Positions 14,740 through 28,047 are shown, counted from the stretch's first letter. The stretch is DNA of 64,000 nt from Paraspadella gotoi (GCA_051294375.1 CM119268.1:45437-109436); one strand, 5' to 3'. Numbers and translations: made by a program. The notes: generated from the letters alone by a model not told the origin.

Positions 14740-14741
14740 AG

Positions 14742-14813
14742 GCGGCCACCGGGCTAGAACCCCGGCCCTTGGGGTTGGGAGGTGAATGACTTGCCTCCGG
14801 CACCAATGGCCGC
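14742..14813 (-). pseudogene. tRNA-derived (Gly-CCC-like) Pol III head of family-A element; not a functional tRNA
   Basis: Minus strand, 72 nt. Perfect 7-bp acceptor stem GCGGCCA/TGGCCGC, T-arm CCGGG-GTTCTAG-CCCGG (B-box-like GGTTCTAGCCC), anticodon-loop-like CTCCCAA. The anticodon stem does not pair. Confidence 0.75.
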
Positions 14814-16194
14814 TGATGAACGGTTGGTGGATTTTAGTCCACCATAATTTCATGTTTGCACTTAAGAGGAAGTACAGTGCATTTTCATTAACAAAGATGA
14901 TTTATTATGTTATTATGTGCATTTTCATAATGAATAAATTATTAAATCTATTATGTTTTATTATTTTCCATCTGGTATGCAAGACCGAATCAATTATAAT
15001 CTATTACGAGACATTTATCCTCCTAGAATAATAACTCTGAAATTCTAACTCGCTTGCAGCTATGTTATTTGTTATTTGTTTTGTTATGTTATGTTATGAT
15101 ATTTGTTATTTGTTATGTTATTTGTTACTTGTTATTTGTTATGTAATGTTATGTTATTTGTTAATTCACCATTGCCAGTCCAAATTTAGAGGAAAGATAG
15201 CTTATTCAATAAATGAATGGATAACTTTCATATAGGTTGTAACTATTTCACGTGAAAAATAAAACTAACTCGGAAAAGAACAAGTTTGAGCAAACAATGT
15301 CGGATCTGCCTACGAAAATTAATTAATTAATTAATTAATCGATTAATTAATTAATTAATTATAATATTTAATAGTTAATTATAAATTTAAATCCAGCTTA
15401 TCATCATCGATGTCCTTAAAAGAAAGTAAATGTGACTTATATTTTTTCCATTTAAACTCATTTCTACTGGCACATTTCCGTAAAACTTTATATCTCGCTC
15501 TTCACAAACTTTCCTTCCCGCTCACAAAATGTCATCTCAATCTATTATGGGTTAAAATAAGTAAAAACAGTCAAGTAAAATGTGACTCATATTTTTTTCA
15601 TTTAAACTCATTTCCACTTGTACCAAAACTTTATATCAAGCTTCGTCACAATTTTCCTACCCACACACAAAATTTGAACTCAATCTATCCATTCCATTAT
15701 GATTAATTAGAGTATTTATTGGTTTAAAATAAGTAAAAATATTTTAGTAAATGCAACTTATGTTTTTTCCATTTAAACTCATATCCACTCACACGATTTC
15801 GTCGAAAACTTTATATCCAGCTTCATCACACATGTTCCTACCCCATATACACAAATTTCATTCCGATCCAACCAGCCAATCACGAGTTATTGGGGCTTTT
15901 TGCTAAGGTGGGACGGATGGACGGATTGATTGACTGATTAATTAATTAGTGATTAATTAATTGACTAATTGATTAATTAACTGATTAAGTTATTTGATTT
16001 ATTAATACACCTGCACATATCATTTAATATAAAAGGAAAAAAATCATAATCAATTAAGTGAAACAGGTTTTTGTTTTTTTCCATTTAAACTCATTTCTAC
16101 TCAAACGATTCCATCGAAAAATGTATAAATTTTCGTTTGAGCATATAATCATTCTAAATTTTTGATTCAACCCATTGAGTGGGGCTACCCCTAA

Positions 16195-16443
16195 TCCAAT
16201 CACGAGTAATTGGTGTTTTTTGCTAAGGTGGACGGATGACGCACGGACGGACGGACGGATGGCGACGGACCGGACCGACGGACGGACAGACATCATTTTT
16301 TTTGCATAATTTATCAATAATTCGATGTTCTGACATGATATAAGTTAGTGCCCGACTCATATTGAGGGGGCCGCGGACCGATGGATCGACCAAAGTGAAT
16401 TATAGAGTCGGGATCCTGTCATCAAGAGGATCCGACTAAAAAA
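16195..16443. mobile_element. HINE-like repeat end; duplicate ~24350-24590
   Basis: (GACG)n microsatellite, then AAAGTGAATTATAGAGTCGGGATCCT...AGGATCCGACTAAAA terminal hairpin. Same layout as 55400-55452. Confidence 0.55.
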
Positions 16444-16699
16444 AGAATTAAAAACGAAAATGAAAATAAAGAAAGTAAAAAAAGGGAACGAACAGAGAAA
16501 AAGAAGAAACGAACAGAGTTAAAAAAAAAACGAACAGATGTAAAGAAGATATAAAAAACGAAGATAAAGACGAAACAAACAAATATAAAGTAGAAACGAA
16601 CAGAGAAAAGGAAGAAGCAAACGAAAGAAAAGTGAACGAGGAGCAATATTGAGGTCAAGCTGTTAGTGCCCCATAAAATATAAGAGAAATTGGAGGAAA

Positions 16700-16732
<33 letters not shown>

Positions 16733-16800
16733 NNNNNNNNNNNNNNNNNNNNNNNNNAAGAGAGAGATGAAAATAGAAAGATCCAATATAATTATCATAT

Positions 16801-17439
16801 TAGCTAGAGCAAACTTTGTCAATGGGGTGGGTCAGAAGTTTGATTTGGGAACCTTTCCAAATGAAACATTCATACATTCTGAGAAAAACTTTTCATGAAA
16901 CCAAAATTTTTCTAAAAAATGGCTAGAAGCATTAGTAATTAATTTTTTTAATATTTATTTATAGATAGGAAATGTCAAAATTTTTTTTATATTGTATTTT
17001 TTAAAAGCAGAATTCAGATAGCTTATAAAAACAGTTGTCTAGCACAGAAGTTGAATACCTTTTTTTCATATTTTAATGTATAAGTGGGTCAAACAAAGGA
17101 TAAAAACTTAAAAAATCATCATCATCATCATCATCCAATGATTTTTAAATTTTTTTACTAATTTTAACGTATAAAACATCAAATTTTAAAAAGTTGTATG
17201 ATTATAGTTTTTACTTAACTTTTTAAGCTGCTATCAGAATCAATTAAAAAAAAATAAAAATATCAAAAAAAAAAATTTTGACATTATATAGCAATTATAA
17301 ATATATTAATTAAGCTGAATTTACTCATGGTTCGGAACATTTTTGCAAAAAAATATTTTAAATACAATAATTAATACCAATAATGGATTAGTTTAATGCT
17401 GTTGCCCATTAAGAATTTGAATTTGGTCGGCTACCGCTA
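16801..17439. mobile_element. 639-bp MITE-like insertion, absent from the paralogous site at ~5915
   Basis: TAGC...GCTA ends with degenerate TIR and flanks ATAT / AT(T)AT. The empty site ATAATATTACGATAG is at ~5912-5926. Confidence 0.6.
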
Positions 17440-17939
17440 ATTATTACGATAGTTACTCAATGGTAATCAAAGTCAAACAAATAATTAATTATACAGGCCG
17501 GTAAAACGTGCCACAATTTTAACAAAAGTACAATTGTTTACTTTTACATACGAAGACTCAAATCGGTAAAAAAAAGAAGGGAATTCTACTTTCTTAAAGT
17601 CGCACACAAGAATTTGAAACGATGACAAAGAATCAACAAACGAAATAACATGGATCCTTTTTAGTTTAAAACCTTTACTGATAAATGAGAACGAAAACTG
17701 AAATTGATCAACTAATGGACGATTGATGACGACGAAGAAAATAACGTCGACGACGACGACGAAGACTAACGACGAAGACGTCCATCCGACGACGAAGACG
17801 ACGACGACGACGACCGACGACGAAACGACGACGACTAACGAGGACCCGAGCGAACGCGTTTCGTCTCGTCGATTCGCGTTTGCATAAGAATGAATGTCAT
17901 GCAAGCTGAGGATGACCGACCGCACCCCGACCTCTGTAT

Positions 17940-19200
17940 TTGAAAAGAGGGAGGGGGAGAGGAATAGGGGGGAGAAGGAGGGGAAGAGGGAGAGAGGGGA
18001 GAGAGAGGGAGGGGGAGAGGAAGAAAGGGAAGGAGGAAGGGAGGGAAGGGGGAGAAGAAAAGGCGAGAGGGAGGAGGGAGGAGGGGAGAAAGAGGGAGGG
18101 GGAGAGGAAGAAAGGGAAGGAGGAGGGGAGGGAGGGGAGAAGAAAAAGGCGAGAGGGGGATAGGAGGAAGGGGAGAAGAGGGGGGGGAAGAGGAAGAAAG
18201 GGTAAGGAGGAAGGAGGGAGGGGGGAGAAGAAAAGGCGAGAGGAGGAAGGGTAAGGAGGGGAGAGAGAGGGAGGGGAGAGGAAGAAAGGGAAGGAGGAAG
18301 GGAGGGGAGGGGGAGCAGAAAAGGCGAGATGGAGGAAGGGAGGAGGGGAGAGAGAGGGAGGGGGAAAGGAAGAAAGGGAAAGGAGGAAAGGGAGGGAGGG
18401 GGAGAAGAAAAGGCGAGAGGGAGGAAGGGAGGAGGGGGAGAGAGAGGTAGGGGGAGAAGGAGAAAGGAGAGGAGGAGGGAGGGGAGGGGGAGAAGAAAAA
18501 GGCGAGAATGGAGGAAGGGAGGAGGGGAGAAAGAAAGGAGGGGGAGAGGAAGAAGGGAAGGAGGAGAGGGGAGGGAGGGGAGAAAGAAAAAGGCGAGAGG
18601 AGGAAAGGGAGGGAGGGGAAGAGAGAGGGAGGGGGAAGGAGAAAAGAAAGAGAAGGAGGAAGGGAGGAGGGGAGAAAGAAAAGGCGAGATGGAGGAAGAG
18701 AGGAGGGGAGAAAGAGGGAGGGGAGAGGAAGAAAGGGAAGGAAGGAAGGGAGGGAGGGGGAGCAAGAAAAGGCGAAAGATGGAGGAAGGGAGGAGGGGGA
18801 GAAGAGGGGAGGGGGAGAAAGAATGAAAAGGGAAGGAGGAAGGAGGGAGGGGGTAAAAAAAGGCGAGATGGAGGAAGGGAGGAGGGGAGAAAGAGGCGAG
18901 GGGAGAGGAAGATAAGGGAAGGAGGTAAGGGAGGGAGGGGGAGAAGAAAAAGCGAAGGGGAAGAAGGGAGGAGGGGAGAAAAGAGGGAGGGGAGAGGAAA
19001 GAAAGGGAAAGGAGGGAAGGGAGGGAGGGGGAGAAGAAAAAAGTGCGAGATAGAGAAAGGGGGAGGGGAGAGAGAGGGAGGCGAAGATCAGGAAGAGGAA
19101 AGAGGGAGAAAGGGAGGAGGGGAAGAAAGAAGGAGGGGGAGAGGAAGAAAGGAAAGAGGAAGGGAGGGAGATGAGGTTCGGAGGAACGGCAGGGAAGGAA
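17940..19200. repeat. purine-only degenerate minisatellite (noisier copy ~6540-8420)
   Basis: Recurrent GGGGAGAGGAAGAAAGGGAAGGAGG...AGAAAAGGCGAGA. It produces the spurious 485- and 580-aa Pro/Leu/Ser ORFs. Confidence 0.85.
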
Positions 19201-19392
19201 GGTTGGAAAAGCGAGATTCTCTGTCATTTGAGAAAGAGGCTCTAAAGTAGGATCAGAAAGGACTCACACGTTGGTGGAGGGAAAGAGGGAGAGAGAGAGG
19301 GAGAGAGAGAGAGAAACAGAGCAGAGAAACAGAAGAAAGAGAGAGGGAGAAAGAAAATAGAAAGTTGAGAGAGAGAGAGCAGAAGGAGAGAT

Positions 19393-19449
<57 letters not shown>

Positions 19450-20087
19450 GTCTAATTGAAGCTCCGACTGGTTCCTTAAGAAAAACTGTAGCGATTAGAA
19501 GCTTAAGTTTTTTGTCTTTTTTTCTTTCAAAAACTAAATGCAATTCTCATTGGTTAGACCGCAAGTTCATTGGTTAACCCAAGTTCATTCATTAACTCAT
19601 TAGTTAGACGCAATTTCATTCACTTTTACCTAAGACCCAGCCTAAAGCTAGGTGATCTTAGGTAAAATTGAACTCGATTCAATAATTCCCAGAAATTGAT
19701 TTCATATTTTATGCAAAGAAAAATATTTATTTTTATAAGATTAATAAACCAGACTGTGTGCTTAATTGAAACCCTGCAGAAAGTAGAGTCTTGTTATGTT
19801 ATTAATCTTGAACCATTGCAATGATTGTCTTTCCAAAACCAGTAGCCAGAAAGAATATACATTAAACGAATATATAATTTTATTTTTATTTTACCAATTT
19901 TATAAAAAGAGATTAGCGAAAAAAGAAGTCACAATTTTTCAGAATATATGTAAAATTATATGTGTACAGGGTGATATAGGTCTAAGGCATAAAGCATAAA
20001 CTATAATAAGAGATTAAAAAAGGAAATGGTGAAAAAGTGAATAAAAAAGTAGAGATAAGAGAGAGAGAGAGAGTAGAGAGTAGAGAG

Positions 20088-20133
<46 letters not shown>

Positions 20134-20221
20134 AAGGGAAGGTTGGTGAAGAGGAACGACGGCAAAAAGGGTTCGAACGCTTTGGGAAGGAATGACCCCG
20201 TCCAGAGAGAGAGAGAGGAAA

Positions 20222-20272
<51 letters not shown>

Positions 20273-21261
20273 TGAGAGAGAGAGAGAGAGAGATTTAAAA
20301 GAAGGTGAGGCGGACAAGGAAGGAATAAACGGCGAAAGGTCACGTCGAACAGATAACGGCGAGAAAAGAGGAAAACAAAGGAAGGAAGTCAAAGGAAAGA
20401 AAAAAGAAATAAGGAGAAATGAAAGGAAAGAAGTAAAAAAAAGAAAAATAATAAAAGAAAAGGGATAGCTTATCAAAGCCATAGTGAAAAAAAGAGTAAT
20501 ATAAATAAATGAGCATATTTCTAAGAGCATAATTCGAGTGACTTTCTTCATTTTTTTTCATTTTTTTCAGAAATTATTTATTTATTGAATGGAATGGCTA
20601 ATTTTTAAATTGGTTGTACCATTTTCATAAAAAAACTATCCTAGCTAGAAATATAGTTAAAAACATATTTTCGTTTCGATTAATATTAGCAAGTATTTTT
20701 GTATTACCTCCTAGATTGAAGTCTCTGAAAAATAACATAAGAAATAAAAATCTTCTTTTGAAGGGAAAAAAGAAAGACAAACGAAATTCTCTTTGCGAAG
20801 AAAGAAAAAAGTGGCGGGAATAGAAAGCAAACACTTGAGAGAGAGAGAGCGAGAGAGAGTAAGCGAGAGAGAGAGAGAATAGAGAGAGAGAGAGAGAGAA
20901 AGAGAAAGAGAGAATAGGAAAGAGAAAGAGAGAGAGAAGAGAGAGAGCAAGAGAGAGAGTAGAGAGAGAGAGAGAGAGAGAGAGAAGAAGAAGAGAGAGA
21001 GAAGAGATGAGAGAGAGAGATTGACTAGATTGCGGTCGAAAAGGACCAGGATGTGGGGAACATCGAAGAAGGAAATGATGCGAAAGAAAAATGGGGAATA
21101 AAAAATAGGAAAAAAGGGGAAAGATTGGGGAATAAAAAAGGGAAAGAAAAAAGGAAAATAGAAGTAATGATTGATAATTATTGCTTGATTATGAATGAAA
21201 GAGAGAGTGAGATGAGGAGAGAGAGAGAGAGAGAAGAGATAGAGAAGGGAGAAAGAGAGAG

Positions 21262-21316
<55 letters not shown>

Positions 21317-22788
21317 TGGGAAAAAAAGGTTTGGTTGATAAAAGGAGGAACTAATAGGAAAGAAAAATTTATTGGAGAGAGATTAAGAGAAAAGGAAATG
21401 AAGAAAAGGAAAGAATGAAAATGTCACGAAACAGAAATGATATAGAAAAGAGAAGAAGAAAAGAGAGAGAGAGAGAGAGAATGAATGAATGAAATGAATG
21501 ATGAATGAATGAATAATAGTATTGTTGAAAGAAAAAACCGTGGATTATTTACAATATTAAGAGATTCTACTTGCTATTTGCTCTAACTGCTTATTTTGGA
21601 ACACCTCATCATTGTTCGCAAGAATGTAATATATCTCAACCAAAGGATTTTCAACTGAAACTTGTTCACTAAATTGATAATGAGCATAAGAGAAAAAGAA
21701 GATTATGTTTCGAAAAGTTTTTCGGCATAAAAATCATAAAGATAAAGACATAAACAGAAATATTGGAACCTTGATCCAACATGGGACGACATTATTACTT
21801 TTGTTTCAACCTTCAAAAAAGTGAACGTGAGGATGAGGAGGAGTCCAAGCATAAACACGGTAGGTGCAGAGAGAATGTGAAAGAAACAAAAAGGTGCCAT
21901 CTCTGAAACCGTATAAATTCTTAAAGTAATCTTATTAAAGTATTAATTAAAGTATTATTAAAGTAATTATTAAAGTTTATTAAAGTATTATTAAAAGTAT
22001 TATTCCTTAAAGTATACCCAGAGACACTTAAATGTGGTAGGTCGGGAAATTCCGATAAAGGCAGATTTTTTTTTTTAAAATCCCTCATTAAGTTTTTTAA
22101 ATTTTTTTTATAAAAAAATTTTAGTAGTTTAGTGAATATGCTTACATTATCTTAATCATTATCTACATAAGCATAAGCTTTAATTTGAACCACTCCCACT
22201 TTCTATACTTTTCACTATTGAAATATAAATAAAATTATTTTTTTTTTTAAAAAAGATTAAATCAATTAGTAGCCTATTGAACAGATTATTTCTTAAAATA
22301 AAAATACAAATATGCTTAAAATACAGTTCTACTTATTAGGCTTTCAAAATTTAGTTTTTTTTTAATTAATAATAATTTTATATAAAAAATTTTAAAAAAA
22401 ATGAAAAAAAAAAGTTTTGAAAAAAATATTAATATATACTCTAATTTAAGTATTAAAAGATAAAGCATTATGTTTGTTAATATTTTTCACATTTGTCTAT
22501 TAAAAATATATATCAAATATTGAGTGAGTTATTATTATATCATAATTTTATGAAATAAATTTTTTTTAAAGTAATAAATTATATAATTACATTTTAAAGC
22601 TGGATATAAAAGAAGGAATAAAGTTTCAATCAGACAATAGAAATTATGACGGATGAGGACAATGAGTATGTTTTTTAATAATGAGAAGGATGTATAACTA
22701 GTCTTGTGAGCCTTCGAAGACAGAGTTTTCATTTTGAAACAGACAGAAAAGAATTGTTATTTGTAATGACAAGAACCGTTTCAATATA

Positions 22789-22975
22789 AGCAGTCCTAGC
22801 TTTGGATCGAGTCTGCTAACACCATGTTAGTTACAGGGGTTAAGCGCCCGTCCCTTTTAACTGCCAGGCGGCCACCGGGGCTAGAACCCCGGCCCTTGGG
22901 GTTGGGAAGCGTGAATGACTTGCCTCCGGCCACGCAAGGCCGCCTGATGAACGGTTGGTGATTTTAGCTCCACCA
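22789..22975 (-). mobile_element. noisy duplicate of the family-A tRNA-head + twister-like element
   Basis: Same sequence as 14664-14844 with many 1-nt indels, inside the duplicated block ~19130-24900. Confidence 0.75.
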
Positions 22976-24878
22976 TAATTCTCATGTTTTTGCACTAAGA
23001 GGAAGTACAGTGCATTTCATAACAAAGATGATTTTATTATGTTATTATGTGACATTTTCATGAATCGAATAAATTATTAAATCTATTATGTTTTATTATT
23101 TTCCAATCTTGGGTATACAAGACGAATCAATTATAATCTATTACGAAGGACATTTATCCTCCTAGAATAAAACTCTGAAATTCTAACTCGCTTGCAGCTA
23201 TCGTTTATTTGTTTATTTTGTTTTGTTATGTTTATGTTATGATATTTGTTATTTGTTATTGTTATTTTGTTACTTGTTATTTGTTATGTAATGTTATGTA
23301 TTTGTTAATATCACCATTGCCAGTGCCAAATTTAGAGGAAAGATAGCTTATTCAAAAAATGAATGAAAACTTTCAATATAGGTTGTAACTATTTCACGTG
23401 AAAAATAAAACTAACTCGGAAAAGAACAAGTTTGAGCAAACATGTCGGATCTGCCTACGAAAATTAATTAATTAATTAAATTAATCGATTAATTAATTAA
23501 TTAATTATTAATATTTAATAGTTAATTATAAATTTAAATCCAGCTTATCAGGTACCTTAGAAAGTAAAAATGTGACTTATATTTTTTCCATTTAAAACTC
23601 ATTTCTACTGGCACAATTCCGTCAAAACTTTATATCTCGCTTCTTCACAAACTTTCCTTCCCGCTCACAAAATGTCATCTCAATCTATTATGGGTTAAAA
23701 TAAGTAAAAAACAGTCAAGTAAATGTGACTCATATTTTTTTTCATTTAAACTCATTTCCACTTGTACCGAAACTTTATATCAAGCTTCGTCAACAATTTT
23801 CCTACCCACACACAAAATTTGAACTCAATCTATCCATTCCAATTATGATTAATTAGAGTATTTATTGGTTTAAAATAAGTAAAAATATTTTAGTAAATGC
23901 AACTTATGTTTTTTTCCATTTAAAACTCATATCCACTCACACGATTTCGTCGAAAACTTTTATATCCAGCTTCATCACACATGTTCCTACCCATACACTA
24001 CAAATTTCATTCCGATCCAACCAGCCAATCACGAGTTATTGGGGCTTTTTGCTAAGGTGGGACGGATGGACGGGATTGATTGACCTGATTAATTAATTAG
24101 TGATTAATTAATTGACTAATTGATTAATTAACTGATTAAATTATTTGAATTTATTAATACATCCTGCATATACATTTAATATAAAAGGAAAAAAATCATA
24201 ATCAATTAGTGAAACAGGTTTTTTGTTTTTTTCCATTTAAACTCATTTCTACTCAAACGATTCCATCGAAAAAGTATAAATTTTCGTTTGAGCATATAAT
24301 CATTCTAAATTTTTGATTCAACTCCATTGAGTGGGGCTACCCCTAATCCAATCACGAGTAATTGGTGTTTTTTGCTAAGGTGGGACGGATGGACGGACGG
24401 ACGGACGGACGGACGGATGGACCGACGGACGGACACACACTTTTTTTTGCATAATTTATCATAATTCGATGTTCTGACATGATATAAGTTCAGTGCCCGA
24501 CAGATATTGAGGGGGGCCGGGACCGATGGATCGACCAAAGTGAATTATAGAGTCGGGATCTGCTGAATAAGCAGATCCGACTAAAAAAAGAATTAAAAAA
24601 CGAAAATGAAAATAAAGAAAGTAAAAAAAGGGAACCGAACAGAGAAAAAAAGAAAACGAACAGAGTTAAAAAAACGAACAGAATGTAAAGAAGATATAAA
24701 AAAACGAAGATAAAGACGAAAACAAACAAAATAAAGTAGAAACGACAGAGAAAAGGAAGAAGCAAACGAAAGAAAAAGTGAACGAGGAGCAATATTGAGG
24801 TCAAGCTGTTAGTGCCCCATAAAATATAAGAGAAATTGGAGGAAAGAGGGAGAGAGAGAGAGAGAGAGGAAGAGAGAG

Positions 24879-24967
<89 letters not shown>

Positions 24968-25202
24968 GAACAATAAAAATAAAATGAGAGGAAATCGACG
25001 TAATAAATATAAGAAAGAAGAAACTAAATAATAATTTACTTTAAATTTAGGAAAATCTTCATCCATTAATACAACAACAACAAGACAAGAACGACGACGA
25101 CGACGACATCAACTGTCGCAGGAGGAAAATGGAAAATTGGGTCAAATCGGTCGGAGCAATCGAGAGAGTGAGCGGTGGGGAGAGAGAGGTAGGATAGAGA
25201 CG

Positions 25203-25476
25203 TGTGGATAAGGCGCTGAAGATGACTATCCGTAACTTCTATAACCGCCTCTAGCAGCCATGGAACGGGTCCTGGGCTTGGAACTAGACTTTGGTTTGCC
25301 ACAGCTTCAGGGCAGCTTACCTCCGTCCTCACGCTTGCCGCAGGGTAGGTACCGTGTTGGGGTTGAACCCGGTACCTAGCGGTCATGAGCTGATGGCTTT
25401 ACTCAATGAATCACCGGGTCACAACTGAAAGTGTCATGCTTATAGGCGGGGTGAACCCAAGCAATGCCCGACTACA
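25203..25476 (-). mobile_element. family-B solo-LTR-like element (Helenus/TRIM-like) with tRNA-like promoter and twister-like motif
   Basis: Minus strand begins TGTAGTC and ends TTATCCACA. Perfect 4-bp TSD GACG (25199-25202 and 25477-25480). Internal A-box-like GGTGATTCATTGAG and B-box-like GGTTCAACCCC. Homologous to 33403-33642 and 48392-48605. Confidence 0.8.
25265..25341 (-). ncRNA. type-P5 twister-like motif, family B
   Basis: Minus: GCGGC AA GCGT GA GGA CGGAGG TAA GCT GC C..(degenerate P3)..G TCTAG-TTCCAAGC-CCAGG A CCCGT. T1 GGA/TCC and T2 GC/GC are intact. Confidence 0.65.
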
Positions 25477-25916
25477 GACGGAAGGAGAGGGAGGGAAGGA
25501 GAGAGGGAGTGAGAGGGAGAAGAGGGGGAGTGGGAGAGGGAGGGAAGGAGAGAGGGAGAAGAGGGAGAGTGGGAGAGGGAGGGATAGGAGGGAGAAGAGA
25601 AGTGGGGAAGGAAATAGATGGAGACAGAAAACCTAAATGGGATTCAATGAATATTTCTTCTTAGACAAAACAAGTTAAAGCAAATTTAAAGATCGAAGGT
25701 TCTTTTCTCTTCTCTTCTCTTCTCTTCTTGTCTCTTCTTTTCTTTTCTCTTCTCTTCTCTTCTCTTCTCTTCTCTACTCTTCTCTTCTCTTCTCTTCTCT
25801 TCTCTTCTCTTCTCTTCTCTTCTCTTCTCTTCTCTTCTCTTCTCTTCCTTTTTTTCTCCTCTCTTTTCTTTAAACAACGACTACCACGATGCTGACCTTA
25901 GTCAAGTCTTTAAATT

Positions 25917-25965
<49 letters not shown>

Positions 25966-26244
25966 TATGGAAACAAACTAAAAAGAGAGGGATTACATTA
26001 AATTTTTATAAAGATATTAGGGTAAGATATTAGGGTCAAAATTAAAATTAATTATTAGGAATCTAATTGGGGCTCTCTCGGAAAATAAGGCCGAAAATCT
26101 GTCAGCATTCAGGCAAAGAGGGAAAAAAAGAGAAAAAATAAGATCTCACCACCAAATCTCTCTCTCTCTCTCCGTCTCTCTCTCTCTCTGTCTCTCTCTC
26201 TCTGTCTCTCAGTTGGATTTGTAATTGTGATGGCGTTAAGGGAG

Positions 26245-26296
<52 letters not shown>

Positions 26297-26375
26297 GAGA
26301 GAGAGAGAGTGAGGAAAGAGGAGAAGAACGGAGAAAGGGAAAGAAGAGAAGGGAGAGAGAGTGAGTCCGAGAAAA

Positions 26376-26410
<35 letters not shown>

Positions 26411-26443
26411 TAAATAAAATACGGTGAGGTAGAAAGAGATAAA

Positions 26444-26495
<52 letters not shown>

Positions 26496-26599
26496 CGTTT
26501 TGCTTTGACGTGTTTTCCGGACGGAGCAGCACCTGTCGCCCGCTTTTCCTCGTGACTGCGAATTCGTGAAATTCGTTGAGTCGTCGGTGAATTAGGAGG

Positions 26600-26650
<51 letters not shown>

Positions 26651-27092
26651 TCTCTTCTTTCTCTCTCTCTCTCTCTCTCTTTTTTTTTCCTCTCTCCTCT
26701 CTCTCTCCCCCTTCTCACTCCCTATCCTCTTTCTGCCTCCACTCTCTCTATTTTTCCCCATCTATTTTGCATCTCTCCTCATTTTCGCTTTTTTTTCAGA
26801 AAATTCTCTCTCTCTCTCTCTCCGTCTCTCTCTCTCTCTCCTCTCTTTTTCCAACGAAGTCAACCTCTTTTTTCACGATGCAGAACGCCTGTCAGGTTTT
26901 GAGTTTCGCCGCTGAAAGTTTCATCGCCTACAGTCTTCAGACGTCGCTCTTTATATATTGTCTTTCCTTGCCTGATGCTTGTGAAGAAAAACAATTCATT
27001 ATAAAATGGAAAAATTACATACTTGCTTTACTTGACTATATTTTAACATTAGAAACAAAAATTTGTAATCATTTCACATTAGTATAATTTCT

Positions 27093-27140
<48 letters not shown>

Positions 27141-27157
27141 ATCTCTCTTTCTCTCTT

Positions 27158-27188
<31 letters not shown>

Positions 27189-27408
27189 GCCTCTCTCTCC
27201 CCCTCTCTCGTTTCTCTCCTCTTTCCCTCTCTTCTCTCTGGATCCGAAATGTTCAGTGACACCTCCGCCTGCGTGCATCCTTAAACATTCACGCTTCACG
27301 TCTTTTTTCGACGCGATATTCGATCAAAGAGAGAGGAGAGGAGAGAGAGAGTGAGAGAGAGAGAGGAGAGAGAGAGAGAGACANNNNNNNNNNNNNNNNN
27401 NNNNNNNN

Positions 27409-27446
<38 letters not shown>

Positions 27447-27796
27447 ACTAATGTGAAATGATTACAAATTTTTGTTCTAATGTTAAAATATAGTCAAGTA
27501 AAGCAAGTATGTAATTTTCCATTTTATAATGAATTGTTTTCCTTCACAAGCATCAGGCAAGGAAAGACAATATATAAAGAGCGACGTCTGACGACTGTAG
27601 AGCGAGGACTTCAGCCGGCGAAACTCAAAACCTGACAGGCGTCTCTGCATCGTGAAAAGAGGTTGACTTCGTTGGAAAAGAGAGGGAGAGAGAGAGAGAG
27701 ACGGAGAGAGAGAGAGAGAGAATTTTCTGAAAAAAAGCCAAAATGAGGAGAGATGCAAAATAAGTTGGATTTGTAATTGTGATGGCGTTAAGGGAG

Positions 27797-27848
<52 letters not shown>

Positions 27849-27927
27849 GAGAGAGAGAGAGTGAGGAAAGAGGAGAAGAACGGAGAAAGGGAAAGAAGAG
27901 AAGGGAGAGAGAGTGAGTCCGAGAAAA

Positions 27928-27962
<35 letters not shown>

Positions 27963-27995
27963 TAAATAAAATACGGTGAGGTAGAAAGAGATAAA

Positions 27996-28047
<52 letters not shown>

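Larger units (their letters stand above)
10770..24900. repeat. large near-tandem duplication (10770-16730 vs 19130-24900; 5880-9345 vs 16765-19925), probably assembly/haplotype redundancy
   Basis: Colinear similarity over kilobases. One copy is clean with N-gaps; the other is gap-free with dense 1-nt indels. Confidence 0.85.

Noticed and set aside
14742-14813. Functional tRNA-Gly gene (also 34601-34664)
   Set aside because: The anticodon stem does not pair, the T-loop is irregular, and the sequence is embedded in a repeat element.
14813-14850. CTGATGA as a hammerhead core
   Set aside because: No GAAA after the following hairpin, and no stem III/UH.
25214-25240. Antisense hammerhead-like CTGAAGATG..ATCCG(T/C)AAC near the family-B end
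   Set aside because: GAAA is absent at the expected position in the full-length copies and stem II is at most 2 bp. Worth rechecking only on a genome-wide consensus.
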